This document shows, one piece after another, positions 1 through 9,641 of a stretch of 64,000 nt of DNA. The notes under the pieces were generated by a model. It had not been told where the DNA came from. It saw nothing but the letters and a program-made list of their open reading frames with translations, and did no database searches. The position numbers and the translations under genes were made by a program. The stretch is from the IMG/VR virus record IMGVR_UViG_3300045988_161286; one strand, 5' to 3'. The stretch comes from a virus. Position 1 is the first letter of the stretch. Every line of letters starts with the position of its first letter.

Positions 1-2748
1 TATATCTCCTTGTTCACACATTTTTAATTTTTGTACTGGGGTTTTACTTTTACGCAGAAGATATAAGAAATCTTTAGGTAGGGAATAGAATAATATTTTA
101 ATCAATAGGCGGTATATGTCTTTGTTTGCTGGTTTCTCGGCTTCGTGTAGCAAATAACTCATTGTACTTAAACCAATTCTCTTATAAGACACATATGTCA
201 ATAAGTCTTGATAAATTTGTTCTGACTGCTCGTGTTTTTCTATATTCGATGATTCTTCTTTTAGCCATACAGCGTTTATTTCACTTTGTTTCTTTCTTAC
301 AGTGTAAATAAACTCATCAGCTTGCTCTTTGTTGATATGTGAAGAGTGAGGCTTGAAATCAATAAAAGAAGTCAAAGGCAACATAGGGTGTTTATCATTA
401 CCAACTATACGCTTACGCACTGATTTTTCAAGATAGTCCATAGAGGTATCATAACAACGGTAAGTTTTATTGTGAGAAGTACAATGTTTATGTCTTTTAT
501 GATTGGCTTTTTGTTTGCTCACCTCTAACATGAATTCTGGCAGTGACTTGCTTCCGTTTTCGTCTTTGAGATACTTTGTGGTTAGTCGTTCGAGTTCTTT
601 TGTCATTTGTACATCAAACTCTTTTTTAGCCTTATCTATTTCAATATTAGACATTACAGACAACTGACAGATATCGGTATATATGGGTTGGACACTTTCA
701 AACGATGCACCGTTATTAATATTATCCCACATAATACTTGTAAGCACTTGTGCAAGGTTAATAATTTCTCCAATCTTATTTTCACTTGTTTTAATATCCA
801 AGTCTGTTAAGTCATTAACTGTGTAATGCCTCTTGATTTTTTTAGCCTCTACCATATTCGTTGGAACAAGCCATTTATCATAATTTGTAATGGCTGCCTT
901 TAATAGAATGGGATTGTCTGTGATTAATACACTATCTGAGTCAAAATCGCAGCCATTAAGCCGTTGCAAAACATTTTCTCCTATGCTGTTAATACACAAT
1001 ATCTCTTTAGTGAAGTTGAAGTATGTGTCTATTTCCGGACACTCTTTGTTATAAGCAACCCATACATTGCCTGTACAACAGTGAGGACTTCTTGATCCTA
1101 ATAATTTTTGGTTATAAGCAAATCTTTTTGAATGTATATTACCTATACCCAAGTGAGATGTACCGTCAAATTTACCAATTGATTGTAGAAGCATCTCATA
1201 AGGATTTCCTACAAGCGTTGAGTAATTACCAGCTACGGAAATATGACCTCTCTTCATATTGTTCTTATAAGATCTAATGGTCTCTCTTACTGTGTCATAA
1301 TACAATTTAGTATCACAAAACTTGTCATTAATACCAAGCAAAGTGTATACCAAATCATTTTTAGAGGCTATGGCTTCGCCTGTGAGCGTGTTGTTTGTCT
1401 GAGCCTTAATGTGATACCTCAAAACAGTTTCGTCCGTTTTAAGGGCTTTTAGATAGTCTTTTGAAGGTTTCAAAAACTCTTCCATATCTTCTTGTGATAA
1501 CTGTAAGGTATTTAAAAGCTGATAATGGGTTTGAACTAATTTACCGTCCATAATATGAGTCGGCTTTTCGTACTTAACTATGCCAAATTCTGTGTCGAGA
1601 TTGTCAAGCCATGCGTCAAATGTTCCAAACTTCAAATATTTAATACTGCTTGGAGTAGTTACGAGTTTTACATCCTGTATACATTTAGCTCGTGTATATC
1701 CATTAAGCTGTGACACATCAGTAATACCGTTGTCAGCAAACCATCGTTGAAGATTGGTATTAAAGCAAGCTGACTTAAAAAATCTATTACGCAATAATAA
1801 AAAACCTTTATGCTGATACTCTCCAAAAAGACTAACATCCATAAGAGACTGTCCGTCCCAAATGCTATTACATATCTGCACCTCTTCCGGTTGTGTTTTT
1901 AATACACCCTCATCTATACGGGTAGTCATTACTCTATCTGTAAACACATCTTCATAATCGTCTACAAGTAAAATATTTTCGGGCTGAATATACAGGCTTG
2001 CAATAGTGCTACTCAAAGGTAACGCTGTATAGGACTCAAATGCGGGCAAATCAATTTCTTGCCCCTGCTTGATAGTTAAACCACACTTAGACCAATTAAA
2101 AATCCCTCTATATAAATTCTCATCAATGAATAAACATTTTCCTAAGCGGGAACTGCCATTGCTTCTTTTATATCTTACATATTTTACTCCATCACAAACA
2201 AAACCGTTCGCATACAAGTCGGCTCGTAAATCACCAACCGAGTGTAACACCTTTATGTTGTTCTTAGCCTTATACATTCCATCATCGTAATAAAAGTATT
2301 TGCCAAGTACATCTTTATATATAGGAAACTCTGTAGGAGTGTCTGTCTGAATAGCAAGCAGTTCACCGTCCTTAACACAGACACAATCTTGTAAGGTTAA
2401 TTCATCTAAACGATAGCCGAATTTCACATAAATGTTAGCGGTTATTCTATTGTATTCTTTGTTACTGTAATTGAAAGTAATGTTAATAACTTTCTGAGTG
2501 TATTCTTTTCCGTTGACCGTACAGGAAAAGCGATTATTTCGGAACACCTTCTTATATACCTCAATGATTTTCGGAAGTTCTTTGCTATGAGGAAGTGTGT
2601 TAATAAATTTTCGGTAGTTAATATCTCCGTTGCGATAACGGATGTTATAACCTACACTATCGGGTTTATTATAATGGTTTGCGATAAATACATCTTTAGC
2701 ATCCAAAGAGAGGATGTTTACTCCGTGTATATAATCACTCAACAACAC
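1..2748 (-). CDS. YonO-like single-subunit (two-barrel, RdRP-related) RNA polymerase; C-terminal part runs off the window start
   Basis: By my own translation the minus-strand frame is open from ~2748 to nt 1. It is missing from the ORF track because no stop lies inside the window. It contains GSRSPHCCTGNVWVAYN followed by LNGCDFDSDSVLITDNP. The DFDSD (nt 934-948) fits the DxDxD metal-binding loop of YonO, cellular RdRP and crAss-type RNAPs. Start is GTG 2748 or TTG 2745/2742, after GAGGTGA. Confidence 0.6.
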   Translation of the reverse strand, partial: MLLSDYIHGVNILSLDAKDVFIANHYNKPDSVGYNIRYRNGDINYRKFINTLPHSKELPKIIEVYKKVFRNNRFSCTVNGKEYTQKVINITFNYSNKEYNRITANIYVKFGYRLDELTLQDCVCVKDGELLAIQTDTPTEFPIYKDVLGKYFYYDDGMYKAKNNIKVLHSVGDLRADLYANGFVCDGVKYVRYKRSNGSSRLGKCLFIDENLYRGIFNWSKCGLTIKQGQEIDLPAFESYTALPLSSTIASLYIQPENILLVDDYEDVFTDRVMTTRIDEGVLKTQPEEVQICNSIWDGQSLMDVSLFGEYQHKGFLLLRNRFFKSACFNTNLQRWFADNGITDVSQLNGYTRAKCIQDVKLVTTPSSIKYLKFGTFDAWLDNLDTEFGIVKYEKPTHIMDGKLVQTHYQLLNTLQLSQEDMEEFLKPSKDYLKALKTDETVLRYHIKAQTNNTLTGEAIASKNDLVYTLLGINDKFCDTKLYYDTVRETIRSYKNNMKRGHISVAGNYSTLVGNPYEMLLQSIGKFDGTSHLGIGNIHSKRFAYNQKLLGSRSPHCCTGNVWVAYNKECPEIDTYFNFTKEILCINSIGENVLQRLNGCDFDSDSVLITDNPILLKAAITNYDKWLVPTNMVEAKKIKRHYTVNDLTDLDIKTSENKIGEIINLAQVLTSIMWDNINNGASFESVQPIYTDICQLSVMSNIEIDKAKKEFDVQMTKELERLTTKYLKDENGSKSLPEFMLEVSKQKANHKRHKHCTSHNKTYRCYDTSMDYLEKSVRKRIVGNDKHPMLPLTSFIDFKPHSSHINKEQADEFIYTVRKKQSEINAVWLKEESSNIEKHEQSEQIYQDLLTYVSYKRIGLSTMSYLLHEAEKPANKDIYRLLIKILFYSLPKDFLYLLRKSKTPVQKLKMCEQGDI

Positions 2749-3001
2749 TCACCTCACTCTCATACATAAGCGAATATGTGTTGTCTTCATCATTTAGTTC
2801 GTGCACAACCTCTGCGTAAGCCATAACACGCTCATTCATGTCCTCTGCGACCTCCTGAGCGATTATTTCTTCGACAGAGTAATTTGTACAAGGCAAACTA
2901 TTCGTGCCACACAGGTCAAACCAGAGGCATTTACGACAATCCTTCACCTCCTCTGCTGTAAAGTTCTCTGTTTCTGTGTAGTTAAATGTATATTTGTTCA
3001 A
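2735..3001 (-). CDS. hypothetical Cys-rich small protein (88 aa)
   Basis: Track ORF. TTG start 9 nt after AAAGGAG. Overlaps the start of the RNAP gene, suggesting translational coupling. Confidence 0.6.
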   Translation of the reverse strand: MNKYTFNYTETENFTAEEVKDCRKCLWFDLCGTNSLPCTNYSVEEIIAQEVAEDMNERVMAYAEVVHELNDEDNTYSLMYESEVSVVE

Positions 3002-3015
3002 TGGGTTGGACTCCT

Positions 3016-4206
3016 TTATTTATTATTATTTATCCAACCGACCAGTAAATTTCTCATCCTTGAGGATGGGATATAGATGTTAATTTCTTTGTTATCTCTG
3101 ATTGCACTTCTCCAGATAAACTGAAGCATTTCACTGAGAGCAAAACCGTCTTCATCGACCGTAACGCCTTTGTTCTCAAAAAATCTTATAAAAACAGGTG
3201 AAATATACCTATTGACCGGATAGGCAATTGCTGTTTTATTTCTAAACTCATTGGATGCTCGTAGGTTACACGGTATAAATCCTTTTGTATATCCTTTACC
3301 TTTGAGCTTGTGTTGGTAATCTTTAAAGCTTGTCCACATACGCTCATTAGATTTAGCAGGTGCTATCCATCTAAAAAAATTATATAAATGATTTTTTAGG
3401 ACACTAATTTCATCCTTATGGGTTTGATACCAATGCTTGCTAAGTGCTGTGGCAGGATCGCCAATTTCGTTCATTTTTTCATTATCGCATATATGTATTA
3501 ACTGAGAATAGTCTGCACAATAATAATTAATCTTTTCTTGTACAAAAGTATAGTTAGTGTAATCTGTGCCGTCTATCCACCAATATGTTGGTTCTATGTG
3601 GAATAAGTTAAAATAGAGCGATATGATAGAAGACTCATACATATAAGTAAGAATAAAGACTTGACAGAAAGCTCTGAAATTTTCGATAGGGAAGAGTTTA
3701 ACATACTGACTGCCTGTATCATATAAAGTTTTACTAAAACACATATCTCGAATATACTTCAAACTTCCTGCGGTATAACTATCTTGCGTCCATTTTACAC
3801 ATCCAAACTCGTCAGCTTCAGTAGCTAAAAACTCTCTGATTGATAGAGCGTCCCCTTGCGAGATGTGTAAACTCTCAATAGGTGTAATAGTTTCGTCAAG
3901 GATTAAAATATACCCCCGTTGCAACAACAATTGTCGTATATCCTGATCGAATAACATAAACAAAGCATGAGTAATTACTATGTTTCTGTTTTCAGCAATA
4001 AGTTTTTTCAGCCCTTCTTTTTTTGTGGGATCTTCTTGTGGCTCTACAAACTCTTTATTGACGCAACTGCTTTTAATTCTCTCAACTTCCGACAAATACG
4101 GAGTGCAAAAAATAAAATGTTCATCTCCTGATGAGTTGTTAATGTAATTAATAGCTGCTGAAGTTTTTCCTTGCCCCATACGAGCATTTACAACATTCAA
4201 TTCCAC
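3016..4206 (-). CDS. P-loop NTPase, SF2 helicase-like
   Basis: GTG start after AAAGGAGGG. Walker A is ARMGQGKTS and Walker B/DExx is ILILDET. Confidence 0.7.
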   Translation of the reverse strand: MELNVVNARMGQGKTSAAINYINNSSGDEHFIFCTPYLSEVERIKSSCVNKEFVEPQEDPTKKEGLKKLIAENRNIVITHALFMLFDQDIRQLLLQRGYILILDETITPIESLHISQGDALSIREFLATEADEFGCVKWTQDSYTAGSLKYIRDMCFSKTLYDTGSQYVKLFPIENFRAFCQVFILTYMYESSIISLYFNLFHIEPTYWWIDGTDYTNYTFVQEKINYYCADYSQLIHICDNEKMNEIGDPATALSKHWYQTHKDEISVLKNHLYNFFRWIAPAKSNERMWTSFKDYQHKLKGKGYTKGFIPCNLRASNEFRNKTAIAYPVNRYISPVFIRFFENKGVTVDEDGFALSEMLQFIWRSAIRDNKEINIYIPSSRMRNLLVGWINNNK

Positions 4207-4786
4207 TTGCAGCCCTCCTTTATATGATGTGTATTGCGTTGGTTGTTGTTCGTAATCCGATCTCTTCTTTACAAGTAAATGTTTGTGTTGATGTGTGAAT
4301 TGCCTCTACATCAAAATCACTCCTTTCAAGACTTATAACATGGTGTTCATTTTTGTCACAAAAACCCCAAACCCCCAATGCCAATGCGGGTTTCCACCAT
4401 TTTGGGGCAGCGGAACTAGTTCGCTTGTTTCAAAAAGTTCTCTGTATAATTTTTAATATATAGAGATAGGTAAGAGAAAAGTCCATAAATACTGGAGTTT
4501 TTAGCTTGTCTTCCACTTTTCAAAGCCTGCGCTTCCTCTGTATATTAAGTTAAGGAATACATTTGTCCCAAAAGTTTTGCAGACTAAGCCTTTACAGACA
4601 AATGTATTGGTCGCTTAATTCTCTCGAACAGCAAGCTTATTCTGAGATTGCCAATCGTTCATTAAGCTCCTTTACTCTAAACTTTACCTTAGAATCCGTA
4701 GATAGTAGTTGCAAGAGAGTGTGTCTATGTTCAATAAATTTATTTCCCAACAAGGGAAAAGAAAAACTAAAACAGTAGCTACTCCT

Positions 4787-5623
4787 TTATGCAAGTGACT
4801 GGAAGAGATTAGTAGCTTCTAAATTGCTATTAACTACATAACTGTAATCTGTACCAAGGTTGAGTTTTTTGCAGGAAGCCAAGATTATATCTTGTGTTAA
4901 GCCTATATATCTTAATGTAATGGAAGGAGAACTGTGTCCAAACATTTCCTGTAATAGTAAAAGCTTATCGTTACTAAAGTTACTCATAGCCATTTGATGA
5001 TATCCAAAGGTTTTTCTTAATGTATGGGTACCTACTTTCTCTGTAAGGTTACACTCAGTTCCTAAACCTTTAATGATATTATATATTTGTTCCCTAGTTA
5101 GAGGAGTGCCTAAATTCTTAGAACGGTTGCTATAATCTCCTTTAAATAAGTAGTCATTGAGGGTTTTTGAATTGTGGTTGAGGAACAATTCTACGGCATC
5201 CATTACTGCTGAGTTAATGGTGACTACTCTATTGATTTTTTTTCTTCTTGTTTTTTCTGTTTTTAATTCTATGATAGGAAAGTAATCTTTGAACACTAAC
5301 TGTTGGTTCTTGACCTCTAATAAGTGATTAAAGGTAAGTAACCTTAAGTCACTGACTCTTAATCCAAAATTGATTCCCAATATAAAAAGCATGTTGTCTC
5401 TGTATCTACCTTTACTGATTAGGTAATCAGAGATGTTTTTTAATGTTTGGGTATCTTTGATAGGATCCATGTCATGTCTCTCATAAGATTCTATATTTTG
5501 AATTTCTGAGGGTACTGTGAGTTGAGCTGACGCTCGGAGCTTATTGTTTTGTCTAACTAATTTCTCAGGTTGTATAGGCTGTGAGAAGTCTACATAGATT
5601 AGGTTGTTATTCTCAGTTTTCAT
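4787..5623 (-). CDS. int: tyrosine recombinase / phage integrase
   Basis: C-terminal catalytic signature: GLRVSDL, HTLRKTFG, GHSSPSITLRYIG (R..HxxR..Y). Confidence 0.85.
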   Translation of the reverse strand: MKTENNNLIYVDFSQPIQPEKLVRQNNKLRASAQLTVPSEIQNIESYERHDMDPIKDTQTLKNISDYLISKGRYRDNMLFILGINFGLRVSDLRLLTFNHLLEVKNQQLVFKDYFPIIELKTEKTRRKKINRVVTINSAVMDAVELFLNHNSKTLNDYLFKGDYSNRSKNLGTPLTREQIYNIIKGLGTECNLTEKVGTHTLRKTFGYHQMAMSNFSNDKLLLLQEMFGHSSPSITLRYIGLTQDIILASCKKLNLGTDYSYVVNSNLEATNLFQSLA

Positions 5624-6060
5624 ATGTATCGAACATCCTTTCTAAATTGTTTTCTGAACTAATTGTACCATATATCCTAAAAATGTCAAGTAAAAATGAC
5701 TTAAAAATCAAAGTTTTTTGAAAAAATTCCAAGTTATGGAAATGCAAGTATATTCATTATTTTTTGTAAAGGATATTTTTATCGGAACAAATTCACCATT
5801 TGTATAGGAAATAAATTTCAGGATTTGTAGAGGGAGAGAGAAAAAGAGAAAATAAAAATACGAGATTTTAAGTCTGACTGTGAGAAGAAGTAACTGCATA
5901 CTTAAAGCATAATTATGCACGCTAAAAATATGGAATATATCCCCCATTTAACATTGTGCAATTTTGTGAAGTGAAAATTATACATTTTTTTGTATAAATA
6001 TTCATTTCATAGTATATATATGTTTTGCAATCATTATAGTCGGCAAGAAATAAAAACGAC

Positions 6061-6090
6061 TTGACAATTGCGGCTCGGGTGTGGTATAGT
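6061..6090 (+). promoter_or_regulatory. sigma-70-type promoter for gene 6158
   Basis: TTGACA (6061-6066), 18-nt spacer, TGgTATAGT extended -10 (6085-6090). Confidence 0.55.
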
Positions 6091-6123
6091 ATAGGGGTAG
6101 GGCAACCTACAGTACACAAAAAA

Positions 6124-6139
6124 TGTTGCATATGCAACA
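6124..6139. promoter_or_regulatory. 16-bp perfect palindrome, operator candidate
   Basis: TGTTGCATATGCAACA lies between the promoter and the SD of gene 6158. A related GTTGCAAATGCAAC occurs at 56023-56036. Confidence 0.45.
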
Positions 6140-6157
6140 AAAATCAAGGAGGCTATC

Positions 6158-7291
6158 ATGAAAAAAATCAAACACGCAATCACATTGTATGGTACATGGA
6201 AAAAAATTTATATTCCATGTTCTTATTTTAACAAGTGTAACAAGCTTGTTAAAGATGAAGTCAAGAACACACTACGAAATAAGACTATTCAAGACTATGT
6301 TCGGGGCTTATACAAGACTGCACGGTCAAACCGTATGTATAACAACTTGTACACTCTCACATATCAGATCGCTTGCAAGGTATGTAGAAACAACAAGATT
6401 AAAGACTTGCTTCCGGGCTTATACTCCGATTTTCAACAAGTCAGTAAAGCTATTACGGCGCCGGCTCAAATCGAACAAGCAATCAAACAGACTATAAAAG
6501 ACTTGAATTTTGACTATCTGAAACAATATCACGACAAAAAAACACACTCCGTCAAATTGTGGAACGCTCAAACGGTAAAATCTCATATCGGTTATTTATT
6601 GACCTACAGTCCTAACAAGTCATTATCTTTTTTCGCTGATTTATTGCACACGGGACTTGACGAACCTCTCACAATTGACGGTTTAACCGTATGGAATGTT
6701 GCAAGTTCATGTACAAGTCTTTTGGACTTAAAAGACAAACTCAGTCAAATATACACACTCAAAACTACAAAACATAATTATGACAAAAAACTGCATACAC
6801 TTGTTGACGGCTCTATATATCAAATGACCGTCAACGGATTGCGCCGTGTATTTATCATCGGTGACGGTGACACAATAACGGAGACTAACGATAAATATAT
6901 ATGTGAACGCAAGCAAAACGGATTGCAGTATATGTATAGTAATGTGCGTAAATATCTGTACTCTCAGCGTTCCGCCGATACAATCAGCTTGCAAGCTCCT
7001 ACAAGTCAAGACTTGACACTTGCCGATTTATTGCAAGACAAATCAGACGCACGGGCGCTACAGGAATTTAAAGCATATGTAAATATCATCAACGATTTTT
7101 ACAAGACATATAAAAGCAGTAGTAAAGTAGTCTTAAAAACATTTGATATCTATTGCCAATATTTGACGGTAAAATGCCTCGGCTTATCCGATAATGTTGC
7201 AAGCAAGAAAATCAATGTACCATGCCGCAGTGTTGAGCGGTACAAAGCAATGTATAACACAATGTTTTATGATTTCGTCAAAAACAAATAG
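6158..7291 (+). CDS. hypothetical protein with a C-terminal sigma-factor region 3/4-like HTH
   Basis: ATG after AAGGAGG. The C-terminal ~90 aa (ISLQAPTSQDLTLADLLQD ... VLKTFDIYCQYL ... GLSDNVASKKINVPCRSVERYK) loosely resembles sigma-70 r3/r4. The functional call is weak. Confidence 0.6.
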   Translation: MKKIKHAITLYGTWKKIYIPCSYFNKCNKLVKDEVKNTLRNKTIQDYVRGLYKTARSNRMYNNLYTLTYQIACKVCRNNKIKDLLPGLYSDFQQVSKAITAPAQIEQAIKQTIKDLNFDYLKQYHDKKTHSVKLWNAQTVKSHIGYLLTYSPNKSLSFFADLLHTGLDEPLTIDGLTVWNVASSCTSLLDLKDKLSQIYTLKTTKHNYDKKLHTLVDGSIYQMTVNGLRRVFIIGDGDTITETNDKYICERKQNGLQYMYSNVRKYLYSQRSADTISLQAPTSQDLTLADLLQDKSDARALQEFKAYVNIINDFYKTYKSSSKVVLKTFDIYCQYLTVKCLGLSDNVASKKINVPCRSVERYKAMYNTMFYDFVKNK

Positions 7292-7304
7292 TCTTGCAGT
7301 ATTT

Positions 7305-7339
7305 GCCCACTTCTGAAAAACAGAAGTGGGCATTTTTTT
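7305..7339 (+). terminator. rho-independent terminator
   Basis: GCCCACTTCTG-aaaaa-CAGAAGTGGGC followed by a T-run. Confidence 0.8.
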
Positions 7340-7384
7340 ATGCTTTTATTGCTCATATTGTGCAACATGTATATTATAATTCTT

Positions 7385-8125
7385 TTAAAAAAATATAGAT
7401 TGTGTAGTATTTTTGGCGGAAAATGCCCTTCCTATTTCGTATATATAGTGTACAAAAACAAACAACAAACAAACAAAACCGCAAACAAGCGGTAAACATT
7501 TGTTAGTTATTTGTAATTGTAAAAACGATATCACGCAAGATACACCGATTTTGCGGTGCAATGATTTGAAATGAAGGTTTTGAGTCGTACTGCGGAACTC
7601 GAAAAGGTCTTGAATTTCGTTTCGGATAAGCGTGAGAGCGTGCCGAGCGGCGTATCGTTTGCCTACCTGTGGGGCTGCACCAAAAATGCAGTCACAGAGC
7701 GGAACATTCCGCTTAAGGGCGATGGAGCTTCGTGGAAGCCGAAGCAGATTGTTGAATGGTGGCGTCGTTGCATCCAGATTGTAACGGGTAGTTTCGCTGT
7801 AATGAAACAGTGCAGACTTGAGTAAACAAGGAAGATGGCTGAAATCTTCACTAAACCGCTTGAAGTGAACAAGTGTCGTAATATCCAAATCACAACAATA
7901 ATAACTATTAAAGGCTCTTGGCTAACCTGAGCAAGTCCGTTTCAGATCTGAGGCGGGTAACTTGTATTCTGCTCAAGACCTTGAGTGTCGGGTGACAAAG
8001 ATACCTTCATATCTGCCTTGAGCCTTTTAATATACATACTTGTTTTCTATCATTCTGCAAAGCACACATCTGAGGTAATGGCTTGGTCTGTTGCCTGAGC
8101 TGTGTGCTTTGTTGCACACGAATAT
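7385..8125 (+). ncRNA. large structured RNA candidate or very long structured 5' leader of gene 8146
   Basis: ~740 nt with no credible ORF: only mutually overlapping ORFs on both strands, none with an SD. It is visibly GC-richer than its flanks. It is dense in local hairpins (GCTTCG/CGAAGC, GAAGAT/ATCTTC, CTGCA/TGCAG, AGCGG/CCGCT, AAAGCACACA/TGTGTGCTTT) and has a long-range AAGGCTC(7911)/GAGCCTT(8011) pairing. Confidence 0.5.
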
Positions 8126-8145
8126 TTTAATAAGGAGTGTTCAAA

Positions 8146-9021
8146 ATGACAGAAACTGAAGTAATGGTAAAAGAAATCGTAGGAACTAAGAAGATTGAGC
8201 GCAAGACCTCATCTGATGGACTTGACAGCAAGCTTGCTGCTCTTGAAAAAGCTACAAAAGTATTGCAGACAGCCGCTGAGAGTGAAAACTTGGCTGAGTT
8301 TGCAAAAACAAATGAAGATGCTAAAGATGCTCAGGATGATTACAACAATTATTTCACAAAATACTGCTTTGAGAATTTTCTTGAGGCTGAGCATCCGGCA
8401 TTTGAAGTGTTAAAAGCAGGCTTCCTTGATTATAAATCAATCAAGGGTGAGGCAACGCTGGGGGCAGTTACATATAGTGTTGTAACTGTATCTAAGCAGA
8501 TTAACTTTTTGGCATTCAATGCAGAAGCTCGTTGTTTCGGCAATAAGCTCGGCAAAGCAGCAACACTGCTTGCTTACTATGTGAGTCTATACAAGACCAC
8601 ACAGGTCGCTAATGGTAAAAACATCATTAGCGGGTTCAATCACGCTTATCAGTCTTCAAAAAGGGCTGTGGCACAGGATCAGCTCTTGAGCAAAGTGCCA
8701 TCTAAAACTTTGCTCAAGAAGGCTTTGCAGGATGTTATCGATGAGCTTTGGTTTGTCGATAATGGCAAAAACGAGAATAAGTATGTAGTAACAACTCAGT
8801 GGTGTAATTTTATGCTGGACTTTATTGTTACAGCAAGAATGACCAAAACTGAGGCTTTTTATCAGACCGCCTCACCTGAGAAGGTTGTACAGGCTTGTGC
8901 AAACTTGATGCACAAGCTTATCAACCGCTATGACATCTCAATCAAAGTCGAGGATAAAACTGTTCCGACTGTTGAATTGACTGCTCAGGATGAAAATAAG
9001 GATGAGACTGAACAGAAGTAA
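8146..9021 (+). CDS. hypothetical protein (291 aa)
   Basis: ATG 8146 lies 8 nt after AAGGAG. The track start at 8137 is an upstream GTG inside the SD. No motif recognised. Confidence 0.8.
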   Translation: MTETEVMVKEIVGTKKIERKTSSDGLDSKLAALEKATKVLQTAAESENLAEFAKTNEDAKDAQDDYNNYFTKYCFENFLEAEHPAFEVLKAGFLDYKSIKGEATLGAVTYSVVTVSKQINFLAFNAEARCFGNKLGKAATLLAYYVSLYKTTQVANGKNIISGFNHAYQSSKRAVAQDQLLSKVPSKTLLKKALQDVIDELWFVDNGKNENKYVVTTQWCNFMLDFIVTARMTKTEAFYQTASPEKVVQACANLMHKLINRYDISIKVEDKTVPTVELTAQDENKDETEQK

Positions 9022-9032
9022 TATCTAAGTAC

Positions 9033-9072
9033 ACTCGTTTAGCGGTTGCGAGTCAAAACAAAACCGCTGCCA
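9033..9072 (+). repeat. conserved 40-nt post-stop element, copy 1
   Basis: ACTCGTTTAGCGGTTGCGAGTCAAAACAAAACCGCTGCCA. Copy 2 at 10401-10440 is nearly identical. Two mutually exclusive hairpins are possible: ACTCG/CGAGT and AGCGGTT/AACCGCT. Confidence 0.6.
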
Positions 9073-9107
9073 AAGCGTATGCTTATTTTTAAGGAGGTTA
9101 TTAAACG

Positions 9108-9482
9108 ATGGAAATAATGAACAACAATACTCTTACAGTTGCAGCCGGTTTAATAAAAGGAAGGCATAAAATGCCTGTTGAGCGTTACATCTTCGATCAA
9201 CCAATTGATGATGTAATGGATTTCGCTTCAATTCGTAAAACGATTGAGGACTTCATCGAAAATGTCGTAGATGTTCGCACCCACTACGGCGTAGGGATTA
9301 ACCAAGCAGACAATAATGATGTCTGCTTATACGAAGGCAAGCACGATCTTATCTGTTATGTAACCGGACTGACCTCGGTGACGGCGGAGTTGGTTAGGGT
9401 TTGTATGAGAAACGGCGTGCATTTAACCTTAATGCACTATAATACCGCTGATAACTGCTACTATCCTCAGCGAATTTATTAA
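9108..9482 (+). CDS. hypothetical protein (124 aa)
   Basis: ATG after AAGGAGG. No motif recognised. Confidence 0.75.
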   Translation: MEIMNNNTLTVAAGLIKGRHKMPVERYIFDQPIDDVMDFASIRKTIEDFIENVVDVRTHYGVGINQADNNDVCLYEGKHDLICYVTGLTSVTAELVRVCMRNGVHLTLMHYNTADNCYYPQRIY

Positions 9483-9493
9483 GGAGGGAAACT

Positions 9494-9628
9494 ATGCGTC
9501 CACAAAAACATAATAAATTGACTAACCTTGAGCTTGCTATAATGACAGTAGGCTATTGTTTAGCAGGAGCTCTAAGTTTGACTGGCTTGTACTGGTCTTG
9601 CAAACTGTTAGTCTTAATTGCACCATAG
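9494..9628 (+). CDS. small membrane protein (44 aa)
   Basis: Not in the track (<60 aa). ATG lies 5 nt after AAGGAGGG. Product MRPQKHNKLTNLELAIMTVGYCLAGALSLTGLYWSCKLLVLIAP has one TM helix. Confidence 0.55.
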   Translation: MRPQKHNKLTNLELAIMTVGYCLAGALSLTGLYWSCKLLVLIAP

Positions 9629-9641
9629 GAGGGATACCGAA

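Noticed and set aside
1-2734. Apparent 2.7-kb ORF desert in the track, which suggested non-coding DNA or stop-codon reassignment.
   Set aside because: Manual translation shows one uninterrupted standard-code ORF on the minus strand running off the window edge. The track omits ORFs that have no stop codon inside the window.
4361-4420. CCCCAAA ... TTTGGGG hairpin as the integrase terminator.
   Set aside because: It has only a 7-bp stem with a >30-nt loop. It is followed by a T-run on the minus strand, but it is too weak to call as a feature.
4563-4778. 71-aa plus-strand ORF between the ATPase and integrase genes.
   Set aside because: It has no SD, lies in a minus-strand intergenic or regulatory region, and has a low-complexity sequence.
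5708-6140. Minus-strand ORFs 5708-5947 and 5922-6140.
   Set aside because: They lie in an AT-rich divergent promoter region, have no SD, and give hydrophobic or low-complexity translations typical of random AT-rich ORFs.
7385-7893. Track ORFs 7385-7888(-), 7663-7893(-) and 7571-7825(+) as protein genes.
   Set aside because: They overlap each other on both strands, have no SD, and have implausible composition. They are most simply a by-product of a GC-rich structured non-coding region.
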